From NCBI GenBank assembly GCA_035221665.1, contig CM069133.1, forward strand, positions 99,696,001-99,760,000: a stretch of 64,000 nucleotides of DNA. The letters are read 5' to 3'. The notes beneath the pieces were generated by a model. That model made no database searches. It was given only the letters and a program-made list of their open reading frames with translations, and had not been told where the DNA came from. The translations under genes were made by a program, and so were the position numbers. The first letter of the stretch is position 1. Each line of letters opens with the position of its first letter. Of the stretch, positions 37,050 through 50,693 are shown piece after piece. Origin of the DNA: Okamejei kenojei (lineage: Eukaryota).

Positions 37050-38850
37050 AGAAGAAGGTGGTCATTGTATCTTAGGATTGAGGACAACTTGCTTTCACTC
37101 TAGTTTTATGGGTACTGAAGTTAAAATGGAATCTGCAAACTCGTTCCCACGTGAGGTCTGAGGAGGCTGATGGGGTAGGTAGGTGGGTGGGTAGTTTGTG
37201 AGGTGGTGCTTATATAAAGCTGCTGTGTGCATTCAATGACATGCTCCAAAATTCTCAATACATCCAAAATGCTCCTTCTCCATTTTGAGCAATCATGAAC
37301 CACTACTCTGCCACAAGTCAGGAACACATCCTTGAATCTTGTTCTCTATCTGCCTGGTATATTCTTTAATAGCTGAATTTGGAGTAGAATATCATTTTCA
37401 GGAACATGATGTTGGACATGTGAGTGGCAGAGCCTGAAGGTAACTGAAGGCTCAGTGCTGGAGAGGTATATCTGGGAAGGAAGCATATCTTGTTTCCTAA
37501 ATACTTCAGCGATTTGGAGGATTTTGTGGAAATATCTTTGGTTGCATTTTTCTGATGTCTTGCGATCCTGCTGTAGATAGTCCAGGTCTCGTAAGCAAAT
37601 ATAAGAGAACAAGGATCACTCCTGCCCAGGAGATGATTAATTTTGTACATGATGAGTATTTTTACTCTCTAATCATCTCTTTCCACTTCTGACCAAACAT
37701 TTTGCTAGCAAATTAAAGGCAGTGGTGAGTTTCCATGAGATATGGCTCCGGAGATCTGCGGATGGAACGTTTCAATTTTAGGGTGTAATTTTCAGTTATG
37801 AGAAGAAGCCAGATAGTCTGGGCTTCTTTTCCTTGGAGCAGGAGAGACTAAGCAATGGTCCTGATTGAGGTGTCCAAAATTTTGAAAAGCATAGATAGGA
37901 TAGATTGGAGACTTTCTCTCAATAACAACGATGTTTACAACCAGAGGCCATGGGTGTAAAGTGAGGAGTTAGAGGTTTCGAAGGGATCTGATGAAGATTT
38001 ATTTTCATCCAGAGACTGTTTGAAATTGGAATGCACTGCTACACCAGGTGGTGCAAACAGTTACTCTCACAAAATCTATGAACTACATGGACAAGCACTT
38101 AAATCACCAAGGCATAGAGGGTTAAGGACCAAGGGTTTGATTGATTGAAAGATACAGCATGGAAGCAGGTCCTGAATTTAAAGACGGTATTCGACAAACT
38201 CTTCCAATTGATGGAATCAAAGCGTTTGGTGAGGTTATTGAAGTCATGCACATCAGCTGGGACTGTCTCCAGTATTTTTCTTGTGGAGTGGTTGTGAGTT
38301 GAGTTGGAGTTGTCATGAGAAAAGATCTTGTTAACTGTGCCGCTAGATAAACACATTTCACACTCTGCCTATCAGCCTCAGTTGTGCGGATTCTGGTGAT
38401 GACTTCCCCTCAGCATCAGAGAGACCCTTGTGCAGTTATTACCTCTTGACTTGCTTCCTTTCTCAAAGATAGTCATGATCGCTTTATCTCTTCTTCCGAG
38501 ATGTGGATGGTGAGATTTGTGACTGAGGCACTTCACATGAGGATTTAGGATTTCAGAAGGGATGGCAATTTGGCTTAAGGCCATGTTATTTTTGAATTGG
38601 TAATGGTCTATTTCAGCTACTTGTTGGAGGGAAAGCAGCTAGGCTGTTTTTGGTGGTTTACTGTTGGATGAGTCCAGGTGGACAGGTCTAGGTGAGAGAT
38701 ACAGTTTATGAGGACTTCAACTGTTCCTTCTCGTGGATATTCATGGGTTCTTGATGGATTCACCCACATTCTTGTCTCTGACTGGAGTGGGCCTGTTGGT
38801 GTTTGGACCATGGAGGACATTTACAGTACTTAGGAGTTGATCTTAAGTGG
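37050..38850 (-). mobile_element. RTE-clade LINE remnant with a nested CR1 fragment
   Basis: Minus-strand peptides LIFAYETWTIYS, QRYFHKILQI, IMTIFEKG...NCTRVSL, LTKRFDSIN; RTE-type 3' end near 37050-37110. Confidence 0.7.
37750..38170 (+). mobile_element. Old CR1 3' fragment nested in RTE
   Basis: Degenerate TRGHGCKV...WNAL CR1 C-terminus. Confidence 0.65.
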
Positions 38851-39283
38851 CTAATGGTGAGCAGGTATCTATAACATTATTTCAACCAGCACATGGTGAT
38901 TAACAGGTTATCATATTTTATTCAATGATAATGAATGTTGGACCAACATGCATGTCCACACATTCACTATGATTCAACATAAGGTCATAATCATTGATGT
39001 ATCAATTACTATTGCAAACTTGTTGAAAGATGAACAGTATAATAACTTTGGGTTTTACATGGAATCAAGAGAAAAATGAGTGACATTGAGTAACAACATC
39101 ACAGAATGCAATAATTAGTTTGATCCAATTACTTTTGGAAGTATTGACGTCAACAATAGGAGTGGCTGTCTAAAATAAATAAATCTAGTTAGAAATAAAT
39201 TATGTTAACTTTTAACATTATCCTTGAACCACCCACAACTATTACACCAGCACCCATCCTTTCACCAATGTTGTCAATTTTAT

Positions 39284-39619
39284 GGGCGGCACAATGACGC
39301 AGCAGTAAATCGCTGCCTTATTGCATCAGAGACCTGGGTTTGATCCTGACAAAAGATGCTGGCCATATGGAGTTTGTACATTCTCTCTGTGACCACGTGG
39401 GTTTCCTCCGGGTGCTCTGGTTTCCTCCCACACTCCAAAGACGCGCAGGTGTATAGGTTAATTGTCCCTAGTAAATAGACATTCGCTTCTGTAAATTGTC
39501 CCTGATGTGCAGGATAGAACTAATGAATGGGTGATTGTTAGTTGACGTGAAGTCAGAGGGCTGAAGGGCTTGTTTCCACGCTGTATCTCTAAACTAAAAT
39601 AAACTAAAACTAAATAAAC
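39284..39619 (+). mobile_element. tRNA-derived V-SINE (HE1-like)
   Basis: gggcggcacaatgacgcagc; B-box-like ggtttgatcc; V-domain; (TAAAC)n tail. Confidence 0.88.
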
Positions 39620-39984
39620 GCTTCTGAAGTTGAGAACTAGTTTCAAGGATTTCTTCACTATCATATCTTACTTAGCATCATACAATCATCAAAAATTTGC
39701 CTGATAAAATAGAACCTTTCTTCTTTGCCTTAAAATAACATTGACAACCATGTCCTTAAGTTAATATGAGCTGGGAACTAGTTTGAATGGGAGTTGAAGT
39801 CACTGCAATGTTAACAACGTCTGGGCCTGTCATACAAAATACTATTAGCCCTCCAATAATACAGAGGTTAATTTTTTTTCTGGATTGGTATGCTCGGCAT
39901 AAAACAAAACAGAATGAAATTAAGTTCTTCAGGAGATATGTCACGAATCAACTCTTGCCTCAGAGATGTCCTGGATCTCCTTCA

Positions 39985-42900
39985 ATATGCCTATTGTCAC
40001 AACAAGTCAATAGTAGATGCTACAGTTTTCACTGGCTCTCCACTCTGCTCTAGACCATCTGGATAACATGTACATCAAGTTGCTGTTCATCCACCACAGC
40101 TTAGTGTTCACTACAATCATCACCTCTAAACTTACTACCAAGCTCCAGAACTTGGCCTCTGTATCTCCCTTTGCAACTGGATCCTTGACTTGCTTGCCGG
40201 CAGACCTCAATCAGTGCAGATCAGTAACAACATCTCCATCTCACTGCCAACCAAAACACAGATGCACCTCAATGCTGTGTGCTTAGCCTCCTGCGCTACT
40301 CCCATGACTGTGTGGATAAATGCAGCTCTAATGCCATATATAAAATCGTTAATGGCATCATCGCTGTTGACTGAATGAGAAGACGATGGACCAGTTTTCA
40401 TTAGTAGGTCAGCTGCGGAGAACTTAGCAGCTTCCAATTCCTGAGCGTTAACATTTTGCATGATCAGGGAGTGTGAGGTGGTCATAGAGAGGAGTTACAG
40501 AGAGGTGGTCACTCCAAGGCCACAGGAGGCAGACAAGTGGGTCGCGGTTAGGAGGGGCAAGGGACAGAGCCAGGGACTAGAGAGTACCCCGGTGGCTGTA
40601 CATCTTGGCAATAAGTACTCCTGTTTGAGTACTGTTGGGGGGGACAGCCTACCTGGGGGTAGTGACAGTGGCCGGGCCTCCGGCACAGAGACCGGCCCTG
40701 TTGCTCAGAAGGGTAGGGAAAAGAAGAGGAGGGCATTAGTATTAGGAGATACTATAGTTAGGGGGTCAGATATGCGATTCTGTGGACGCAGTATGGAGAC
40801 GCAGATGGTTGTTTGCCTCCCTGGTGCCAGGGTTCGGGATGTGTCTGAACATGTCCAAGATATCCTGAAATGGGAGGGAGAGGAGCCTGAGGTCCTGGTA
40901 CATATAGGTACCAATGGCATATGTAGAAAAAGAGGAGGTCCTGAAAGGAGAATTTAGGGAGTTAGGAGGAGAATTCAGGAGAAGGACCACAAAGGTAACA
41001 ATCTCAGCATTACTGCCTGTGCCACGCGACAGTGAGAGTAGGAATGGAGCGAGGTGGAGGATAAATGCGTGGCTGAAGGACTGGTGCAGAGGGCAGGGAT
41101 TCAAGTTTCTGGATCATTGGGACCTCTTTTGGGGAAGGTTGTGACCTGTACAAAAAGGACGGGTTGCACTTGAACCCGAGAGGGACCAATATCCTGGCGG
41201 GGAGATTTGCAAAGGCTACTGGGAAGACTTGAATATCGGGGTTGGGGGAGGGACTCAAATAGAGAAAGCTAGTAGGCAGTGTGTGAGGCAGGAGGCAGAG
41301 AAGGGAAGCACTCTCAGGTAGGAGAGAAAGAAGAAAAATATAATAAACAGAGAATAAGAGGTGGTGGGTTTCTTAAATGTGTGAGCAGAGAGACAGAGGG
41401 ATGTAAAATGAGGGTAGAAGCAGTAGGTAGCAAGGTGAAAAGTAAAAGTGGCAGGCAGACAAATCCAGGGCAAAAATCAAAAAGGGCCACCTTTCAACAT
41501 AATTGTGCAAGGGGTAAGAGTGTTGCAAAAACAAGCCTGAAGGCTCTATGTCTCAATGCAAGGAGCATTTGTAATAAGGTGGATGAGCTGAATGTGCAGA
41601 TAGTTATTAATGAATATGATATAGTTGGGATCACGGAGACATGGCTCCAGGGTGACCAAGGCTGGAAGCTGAACATCTAGGGATATTCAATATTCAGGAG
41701 GGATAGACAGAAAGGAAAAGGAGGTGGGGTAGCGTTGCTGGTTAGAGTGGAGATTAATACAATAGAAAGGAAGGACATTAGCTTGGAGGGTGTGGAATAA
41801 ATATGGGTAGAGCTGCGAATCACTAAGGGGCAGAAAACGTGAGTGGGAGTTGTGTACAGGCCACCTAACAGTAGTAGTGGAGGATTGCATCAAACAGGAA
41901 ATTAGAAATGTGTGCAACAAAGGTAAAACGGTTATAATGGGTGACTTCAATCTACATATAGATTGGGTGAATCTAATTGGAAGGGGTGCTGAGGAAGAGG
42001 ATTTCTTGGAATGTATGCGGGATAGTTTTCTAAACCAACATGTAGAGGAACCAACGAGAGAGCAGGCTATTCTAGACTGGGTATTGAGTAATGAGGAAGG
42101 GTTAGTTAGCAGTCTTGTTGTGCATGGCCCCTTGGGCAAGAGTGACCATAATATGGTTGAGTTCTTCATTAGGATGGAGAGTGACATAATTAATTCAGAA
42201 ACAAGGGTTCTGAACTTAAAGAAAGGTAACTTTGAGGGTATGAGACGTGAATTGGCCAAGATAGACTGGCAATTGATTCTTGAAGGGTTGACGGTGGATA
42301 GGCAATGAAAAGCATATAAAGACTGCATGGAGGAACTACAACAATTGTTCATCCCAGTTTGGCAAAAGAATAAATCAGGGAAGGTGGCGCATCCATGGAT
42401 AACAAGGGAAATCAGGGATAGTATCAAAACAAAAGATGAAGCATACAAATTAGCCAGAAAAAAACAGCCTACCAGAGGACTGGGAGAAATTAAGAGTCCA
42501 GCAGAGGAGGACAAAGGGCTTAATTAGGAAAGGGAAAATAGATTATGAAAGAAAACTGGCAGGGAACATAAAAACTTACTGCAAAGATTTTTATAGATAT
42601 GTCAAGAGAAAAAGATTAGTTAAAACAAATGTTGGAAATAGCAGGGGACCGGGGGTCAAATGAGATGGAGGAACTGAGTGAAATCCAGGTTAGCCGGGAA
42701 GTGGTGTTAGGTAAATTGAATGGATTAAAGGCTGATAAATCCTCAGGGCCAGATAGGCTGCATCCCAGAGTACTTAAGGAAGTAACCCCAGAAATAGTGG
42801 ATGCATTAGTGATAATTTTTCAAAACTCTTTAGATTCTGGAGTAGTACCTGAGGATTTGAGGGTAGCTAATGTAACCCCACTTTTTAAAAAGGGAGGGAG

Positions 42901-45000
42901 AGAGAAAACGGGGAATTACAGACCAGTTAGTCTAACATCGGTAGTGAGGAAACTGCTAGAGTCAGTTATTAAAGATGGGATAGCAGCACATTTGGAAAGT
43001 AGTAAAATCATTGGACAAAGTCAGCATGGATTTATGAAAGGTAAATCATGTCTGACGATTCTCATAGAATTTTTCGAGGATGTAACTAGTAGAGTAGATG
43101 AGGGAGAACCAGTGGATGTGCTATATCTGGACTTTCAGAAGGCTTTCGACAAGGTCCCACAAAAGAGATTAGTATGCAAACTTAAAGCACATGGTATTGG
43201 GGGTTCAGTATTGATGTGGATAGAGAACTGGCTGGCAGACAGGAAGCAAAGAGTAGGAGTAAACGGGTCCTTTTCAGGATGGCAGGCAGTGACTTGTGTG
43301 GTACCGTAAGGCTCGGTGCTGGGACCCCAGCTACTTACAATATATATTAATGATTTGGACAAGGGAATTGAATGCAACCTTTCAAAGTTTGCAGACGACA
43401 CAAAGCTGGGGGGCAGTGTTAGCTGTGAAAAGGACGCTAGGAGGCGGCAAGGTGACTTGGATAGGTTGGGTGAGTGGGCAACTGCTTGGCAGATGCAGTA
43501 TAATGTGGATAAATGTGAGGTTATCCATTTTTGTGGCAAAAACAGGGAAGTAGACTATTATCTGAATGGTGGCCGATTAGGAAAAGGTAGATGCAACGAG
43601 ACCTGGGTGTCATGGTACACCAGTCATTGAAAGTAGGCATGCAGGTGCAGCAGGCTGTGAAGAAAGTGAATGGTATGTTAACATTCATAGCAAAAGGGTT
43701 TAAGTATAGGAGCAGGGAGGTTCTACTTCAGTTGTACAGGGTCTTGGTGAGACCACACCTGGAGTATTGCGTACAGTTTTTGTTCCCTAATCTGAGGAAA
43801 GACATTTTTGCCATAGAGGGGGTACAGAGAAGGTTCACCGGACTGATTCCTGGGATGTCAGGACTTTCATATGAAGAAAGACTGGATAGACTCGGCTTGT
43901 ACTCGCTAGAATTTAGAAGATTGAGGGGGGATCTCATGGACACTTACAAAATTCTTGAGGGGTTGGATAGGCTGGATGCAGGAAGATTATTCCCGATGTT
44001 GGGGCCGTCCAGAACAAGGGGTCATGGTCTAAGGATTAGGGGGAAGTCTTTTAGGACCGAGATGACAAAAACATTTTTCACACAGAGAGTGGTGAATCTC
44101 TGGAATTCTCTGCCACAGAAGGTAGTTGATGCCAGTTCATTGGCTATATTTAAGAGGGAGTTAAATGTGGCCCTTGTGGCTAAGGGGATCAGTGGGTATG
44201 GAGAGAAGGCAGGTACGGGATACTGAGTTGGATGATCAGCCATGATCATATTGAATGGCGGTGCAGGCTCGATGGGTCGAATGGCCTACTCCTGCACCTA
44301 TTTTCTATGTTTCTATGTGTCTATCAGTCCTGGAAGTCTCAGCACATAGATGTAATCACAAAGAGCGTGCCAGTGCCTCTACTTAGAAGGTTAAGAAGAT
44401 TTGACATGTTACCAAATATTTGAACAAACTACTACAGATGCACTTCAGAAAGTATACTATCTGTTTGCATCATGGCCAGGTGTGGTAATTCCAATGCACG
44501 GAAATATTAGCTTTAGTGTGGTGGGCACAGCCTGGTCCATCACACGCACAGAGTACACCCTTCCATCAAAAGTATCTATGTGAAGCATTGCCTCAAGAAG
44601 GAGGCATCTATTGTCCCCACTATCTGGGCCATAGCCTCTTCTCACTGCTAATATTGGGCAGAAAATACAGAAGCCTGAAGCTCCACACTACCAAATTCAG
44701 GAACAGCTACTTTCCTACAACTATCAGGTTCTTAAGCCAACCAGTATAACACTAATCCCACCTCAACAAGTGAATGCTTCTGACAACTTCCTGCACTACC
44801 ACGGCCATGTTTCCAATTTTATGTCACAAATGTCTTGTTTGCAACCTTTTTCTTTTTGAAGCCTTGTATAATTTGTATTTCATTTATGTTTTTTGTGCTT
44901 TGTATGAGTCTATGTGCGCCTGATGAAGCTGAACGTTTACTTTTCATTGTACCTGTACGTCACCATACTTATGGATAGGACAAGACTCAATTTGACTTGA
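39985..45000 (+). mobile_element. Old Rex1/Babar remnant (39985-40375 and 44325-45000) split by the large CR1
   Basis: SLALHSALDHLDNMYIKLLFI upstream; LRRLRRFDM...GRKYRSLKLHTTKFRNSYFP downstream; short tail near 45000. Confidence 0.7.
40380..44318 (+). mobile_element. Near full-length CR1 LINE (ORF1 SGNH esterase, ORF2 APE and RT), inactivated
   Basis: ORF1: LVLGDTIVRG, CLPGA, HIGTN, DGLHLN; ORF2: CLNARSI, GITETW, GGGVA, MGDFN, LDWV, SDH, RT motifs; CR1 tail; many stops. Confidence 0.95.
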
Positions 45001-45164
45001 TTTCTCCTGATCATTCACAAATTGAATAATGCGATGAAATTAACCAAAAGTATAATATTGTAGATGCTGAAATCTGGAATAAAAATAGAGGATGCTGGAA
45101 ATGTTCAGCAAGTCAAGCAGTATCTGTGGAGAGAGAAGCAGAGTAAATGGCTGATAATCTTTCA

Positions 45165-45826
45165 ACAGAATCAGAATCAGATTTTATTCGCCAAGTATGA
45201 ATTTCACTGGCCAGGTCAGTCATACAATTAAAAGCAACAGACTCAAAAACACATTTTAACATGAACATCCCCCACAGTGACTCCTACACATTCCTCACTA
45301 TGATGAAAGGCGAAATAAAGTTCAAGGCCTTCCTTTTGTTCTTCCTCGGTCGGGGGCCTCGAGCCCTCCGTTGATGGGACGATCTTGACTCCCGTAGTTG
45401 GCGGCATTCGGGCCCTCCGTGTCGAGGCGTTCGGCTCCTGCATCAGGGATTTGTCAGCTCCCCCGCGCCGGGTGATCGAGCCTCTCATCGGGGCTGGTTG
45501 CACCTTCTGCGGCGTTGGAGCTCCCGACTAGCTTCTCCCGAGACTGTGAGCCCTTGATGTTAAGTTCACAGTCCCAGGCAAGGGATCCGCTCCGATGTTA
45601 AGTCCGCACCCGAGGAGGCCTCCAGCTCAAAGTGTGATCCGAAAATCAATCACATCTCCGGGAAGGTAGGAACTTGAAAAAAAGTTTCCCCCGATCAACC
45701 CTCCCCTCCCCCCACATAAAACAAACCGAAGTACGTTAAAACAAACTCTTAACAGACGCTAAAAATACCAAAAGATGAAAAAACGAACGGACTGCAGGCA
45801 GGGCTGCCATCTCCCCAGCGCCCCTG
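45165..45826 (-). mobile_element. GC-rich non-autonomous retroposon with Rex1-like 3' end (copy 2)
   Basis: Minus strand: ggggcgctggggagatggcagccctgcctgcagtccg 5' end, T-rich tract, CpG-rich core, AATAAA and (TCTGAT)n tail. Confidence 0.7.
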
Positions 45827-47445
45827 ACGGTCTAGAATGCTGCATTTCTAACATTTTCCATTTATATCTATTATATTTATACTTAGAAAAAGAGATAAAA
45901 TCAGTTTTTGCACAATCATCATTCAATGGCAATATACACAGATGTATTGTGTATCTTAATGAAGACTATTTTTGGCAATCAATCCTCAAATAATGTACTA
46001 ACCCAAGCCTCTGGCATATTACACACCATTTTGGCATGTCATTAAACCAGACTGAAATGGATAGTATTGATCTCAATGTATACCCGGATAACACACCTTA
46101 ACATTTATCCTTCCTCCATTACCAATAGAATGTGTCCATTTAGTGTTTTAGCAAAATATTAATAGTTGTCTTCTGTTGCCATTGGCATTATCCTGTTTCC
46201 AGTGCAAAACAATAAGAAGCTTTTAAACAATAGCCTATGCCTATAATGGGCTGGACAGTACATTTTACCAAATCCAAGGCATTTTGTAACCTTACCCAAA
46301 ATGCACCGTCCGTGGGCAGCCGCTCTCAAAGTAAAACTGCAAAATTTAAAGTTAAGCAATTTATGAAACTGTGACCTTGACTTAAAACAAAACGAACCAT
46401 AAATAATAGCTCTTGTCCATTCAACCTCAATTGCATAAATTGTTTGGGCTTCAACAAAATCTGTTTTGATGAAACATGGACAATGACAAAAGTTTATTGA
46501 CTAAATAGAAGGCAAATGGTCTGACTTTTCCATCAAGATGATGTTTCAGAAAGCCAAGGTTAATTTTCAAAAAGATTATTGTACTACAAGCTTCAAAATA
46601 TGATAAGAATTATTTTTAAAAAATCACATCAACTGGCCTTTGTAGTATAGCAAGATGTTTAAGCCCAAGCACAAATTACATTATTTGATTATGAACTATT
46701 ATGAAATGTTATAGAAACGATTATGAAAAAGTATAGAACCATTAGCATGACATTTATTAAAAAACTATTGGTGTGATAATACAGTAACTCTTGGGAATGA
46801 TTAATGCAGAATCTCATAAAACTTATGTGGTAAAAGCCTGACAGGAAGTTTGGAAGACTGGTTACAATGCTGAGCAACACAAGCTGCTTTTATAATGGTA
46901 TTTTACACCAGCTGGAGACTGGGGGAGTGGAATTCCTTCTGTTTGGGATGAGTCTACTTTTGCACATCAGGAAACTTTGATTTTAGAGGCTTGCCCCATC
47001 TTCTGCTTTCTTCCTGAGAGAGCAAAAAGTATTCAGCTGCCTCAATGTTGTGAGAATCTACAGTATCACCTCAATTATGGTGGATTGCAAACTGGGATAG
47101 ATTTCCATTTGGTAGAAAGAAGTCCCGACTGTTACTTCAACGTATTGTGGTAAGGGGCTTTTACATAAGTCTTTGGTTATAGATGTGGCTAGGGCATGTA
47201 GCAATTTTAGTGAAGGTGTCCTTCATGAAATTCTAACACAAGAACACATGCTTTTCAAGAACATTTACCTGATATTTTACAAAGGGTTTGAAACTGCACT
47301 GAAGTTGTATTATATAAGATAAATCTTATTGGATATTCTTTTATTGACAAGATCTTCTGAGGTAAGAATTTACTTAGCTGATTTTATTATAATAATTCAT
47401 TTATATCCTCCTTGGTGTAAATATCACCTTTCTATTAATTCTAAC

Positions 47446-47498
47446 GGGGTGGGAGATTGCAACATTCACATGGTCCACCCTGTTTCAGCTAATGCAAT
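47446..47498 (+). ncRNA. HDV-like (CPEB3-type) ribozyme fold, copy 1
   Basis: P1 GGGGUGG/CCACCCU, P2 AUUGCA/UGCAAU, P3 ACA/GGU (1 mismatch), L3 UUCACAU, J4/2 CUAA. Confidence 0.75.
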
Positions 47499-47584
47499 AA
47501 CCCGACATGCACAAACAAATAGATCAAATAGAACAAATTGACCTACAACTCTTGGCTGCGCACGGCATATGCAAGAAGAAGAAG
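47446..47584 (+). mobile_element. 139-bp ribozyme-headed retroposon (probably Vingi/Ingi-dependent), copy 1
   Basis: 12-bp TSD attaattctaac (47434-47445 / 47585-47596); (AAG)n tail; homologous to 62929-63070. Confidence 0.88.
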
Positions 47585-48094
47585 ATTAATTCTAACAAGT
47601 CTGAGTTGGTGAATGGAACTATACAATGGTGGAAACGACTTAAATATTTACATTGCGTTAACAATGTACCAAGCTAACATTTGGCATTGGTTTCATACAA
47701 GAAACTGTATCCTGCGGTCACAAGCTCATTCTATAGGATGTGGCCTGTGGGACAAGGTGTACTGTGATCATCCACTTTACTGGAATTCCAGGCAGCTTAC
47801 TGAGTATAAAATAGCACCCCAGAGAGTGTCAAGTGCGTTCACCTGTTTTTCTCTATGTTGGCCAGATGTTCCAGTAAATAGATATCTGTCTTATGAAGGC
47901 ATTACCCAGAAAAGACTCATGCAGTAACAGTACTGTGATCGGTTGAGGGCAAGAATATATTAAATGAGTTACCTGCAAAGAACAGAAACTGTCAATAGTT
48001 TATTAAGCAAAAATATATCGGCTTGAATGGAGCGACATAAAATTCTGCTTAAAACAACTTTCATTCATGGTTCTAAGATTTCATATTTCCTTAT

Positions 48095-48590
48095 CACACA
48101 GATGGAGGCCATTCAGTGCATTCAGGCCATTCAGCTACCAGAGCAATCTCAATTCCCCCACATGTTCCTGTAAGCTATTCTCTCTCACATATCCTCTGAT
48201 CAAATTCTCCTACCAGAGAGGTACATCATGAAGCAATTTACAGTCGTGCATCTTCAGGATGTGGGATAAAACTCGAGCAGTCAGAGTAAATCCCCTTGGT
48301 TCCAGGGGGAGCATGGAAATTCCATGCAAGCAACAACTAAGATCCTAAGTCATAAGGTCATGTGATAGGAGCAGAATTCAGTTATTCGGACATCATGTCT
48401 ATTCCGCCATTCAAACATGGCTGATATATATCTCCCTCCAAACCTTATTCTTGCATATGCCATCCTGCATTCTCCCCATAACCCCTGACACCCGTACAAA
48501 TCAAGAATCTTTCTATCTCTGCCTTAAATCAGTATCAGGACTGAATCCAGGTCACTAAAGTAGCAGCACTACCTTCTCTCCACTGTGCCC
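48095..48590 (-). mobile_element. Degenerate V-SINE with a nested CR1 3' end (about 48350-48527)
   Basis: Ends cactgtgccc (reverse of SINE head); inner aggagcagaattcag...ctctgccttaaa is a reversed CR1 tail. Confidence 0.6.
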
Positions 48591-48745
48591 ATCTTAAGGT
48601 GTTAAAAACAAATTATTATGTGGCACATCGTTCAATGGCCATTGATTCCTTTCAAAATGATGCAAAAGGAAGTTTTGTTCTGACTCTGAAATGGAGAATG
48701 GAAACACCTTGGATATTTTAGCTCCACTGGTTTGACACCAGTGAG

Positions 48746-48780
48746 AGTCTGAAGAAGGGTCTCGACCCGAAACGTCGGCT
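48746..48780 (+). ncRNA. Minimal hammerhead ribozyme motif (upstream pLTR)
   Basis: ctgaagaagggtctcgacccgaaacgtc at 48749-48776. Confidence 0.75.
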
Positions 48781-50658
48781 ATCTCCTTTGCTCCTTAGAT
48801 GCTGCTGCACCCGCTGAGTTTCTCCAGCCTTTTGTGTACCCCAGAGTATCTGAGATGCCAGGCGCCAACTCTCAGACACCTCCTCCTACTTATCCTTGGA
48901 TCATGACACCACAGATGAGCACCAGGCCATTATCTCAAATACCATCACTGGCTTCATCACTTCCGGCTTCCTGCCCTCCCAAGCCTCCAACCTCATCGTT
49001 CCCCAGACCCGCAGGGCCCAATTTTTCCTTCTCCCCAAAGTCCACAAACCTGACTGTCCTGGCAGACCCATTGTTACTGCTTGTTCTTGCCCCACCGAAC
49101 CTATTTGCACATTCCTCAACTCCCATCCCCCCTGGTCAAATCCCTCTCTACCTATGTCCAAGACACCTCACATGCTCTTCGTCTCCTCCATGATTTCCGT
49201 TTTCCATGCCCCCACTCCCTCATCTTCACCATGGATGTCCAGTCACTCTGCACCTCCATCCCCCACCAGGAGGGTCTTAAAGCCTTCTGTTTCTTCCTCA
49301 ACCGCAGAAACAACCAATCCCCATCTACAAATACTCTCCTCTGCCTAGCGGAGCTGGTCCTTACCCTCAACAACTTTTCATTTAACTCCTCCCATTTCCT
49401 CCAAATAAAAGGCATACCTATGGGCACTTGCACGGGCCCCAGCTATGCCTGCCTCTTTGTGGCGTACATCGAACAATCCTTGTTCGAGGCGTACCGTGGC
49501 CCTACCCCTGAACTCTACCGCCGCTACATTGACGACTGCATTGGTGCTACCTCCTGCACCCATGCAGAACTCACTGACTTCATCCATTTCACCACTAACT
49601 TCCATCCGGCACTCAAATTCACGTGGACCATTTCCAACATCTCCCTACCTTTTCTAGACATCACTATCTCAATCGCAGGTAACAGACTACTGACCGACAT
49701 CTACTACACTGACACTGACTCCCATGGCTATCTGGACTACATTTCTTCCCACCCTGCTTCCTGTAAGGACTTTATCCCCTACTCCCAATTGCTCTGTCAA
49801 TGCTGCATCTGCACCCAGGATGAGGTGTTCCACACCAGGGCATCGGAGATGTCTTCATTCTTAGGGAACGGGGGTTCCCCTTTTCGACTATAGATGAGGC
49901 TCTCACCAGGGTCTCCTCTACATCCCGTAGCTCCGCTCTCACTCCCCATCCCCCCCACTCGTAACAAGGACAGAGTCCCCCTTGTCCTCACCTTCCACCC
50001 CACCAGCCATCACATACAACAGATAATCCTCCGACATTTTTGCCACCTCCACTGGGATCCCACCACTGGCCACATCTTCCCATCTCATCCCCTTTCGACT
50101 TTCCGCAGAGACCGCTCCCTCCTTATCTCCCTGGTCAATTTGTCCCTTCCCACCCAAACCACCCCCTCCCCTGGTACTTTCCCTTGCAACCGCAGGAAAT
50201 GCTACACTTGTCGCTTTACCTTCCCCCTCGACTACATCCAAGGACCCAAGCAGTCCTTCCAGATGAGGCAGAGGTTCAGCTGCACCTCCCCCAACCTCAT
50301 CTATTGCATCTGCTGTTCTAGATGTCAGCTGCTCTACATCGGTGAGATCAAGTGCAGGCTTGGCGATCGCTTCGCCCAACACCTCCGCTCAGTTCGCATT
50401 AACCAACCTGATCGCCTGGTGGCTCAGCACTTCAACTCCCCCTCCCTTTCCGAATCCGACCTATCTGTCCATGGCCAATTGGAGGAGCAGCACCTCATAT
50501 TTCCCTTCGGCAGTTTACACCCCAGCAGTATGAACATTGACATCTCCAATTTCAGGTAGTCCTTGCTTACTCCTTCCTTCCCCTCCCCTTCCCAGCTCTC
50601 CCACAGCCTGCAGTCTCCGCCTCTTCCTTTCTTCTTCCCGCCCCCCCACCCCCACATC

Positions 50659-50693
50659 AGTCTGAAGAAGGGTCTCGACCCGAAACGTCACCT
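50659..50693 (+). ncRNA. Minimal hammerhead ribozyme motif (downstream pLTR)
   Basis: ctgaagaagggtctcgacccgaaacgtc at 50662-50689. Confidence 0.75.

Noticed and set aside
47600-47990. Possible exon (ORF 47613-47927; minus-strand acceptor near 47975)
   Set aside because: No recognisable protein and no paired splice sites around an open frame
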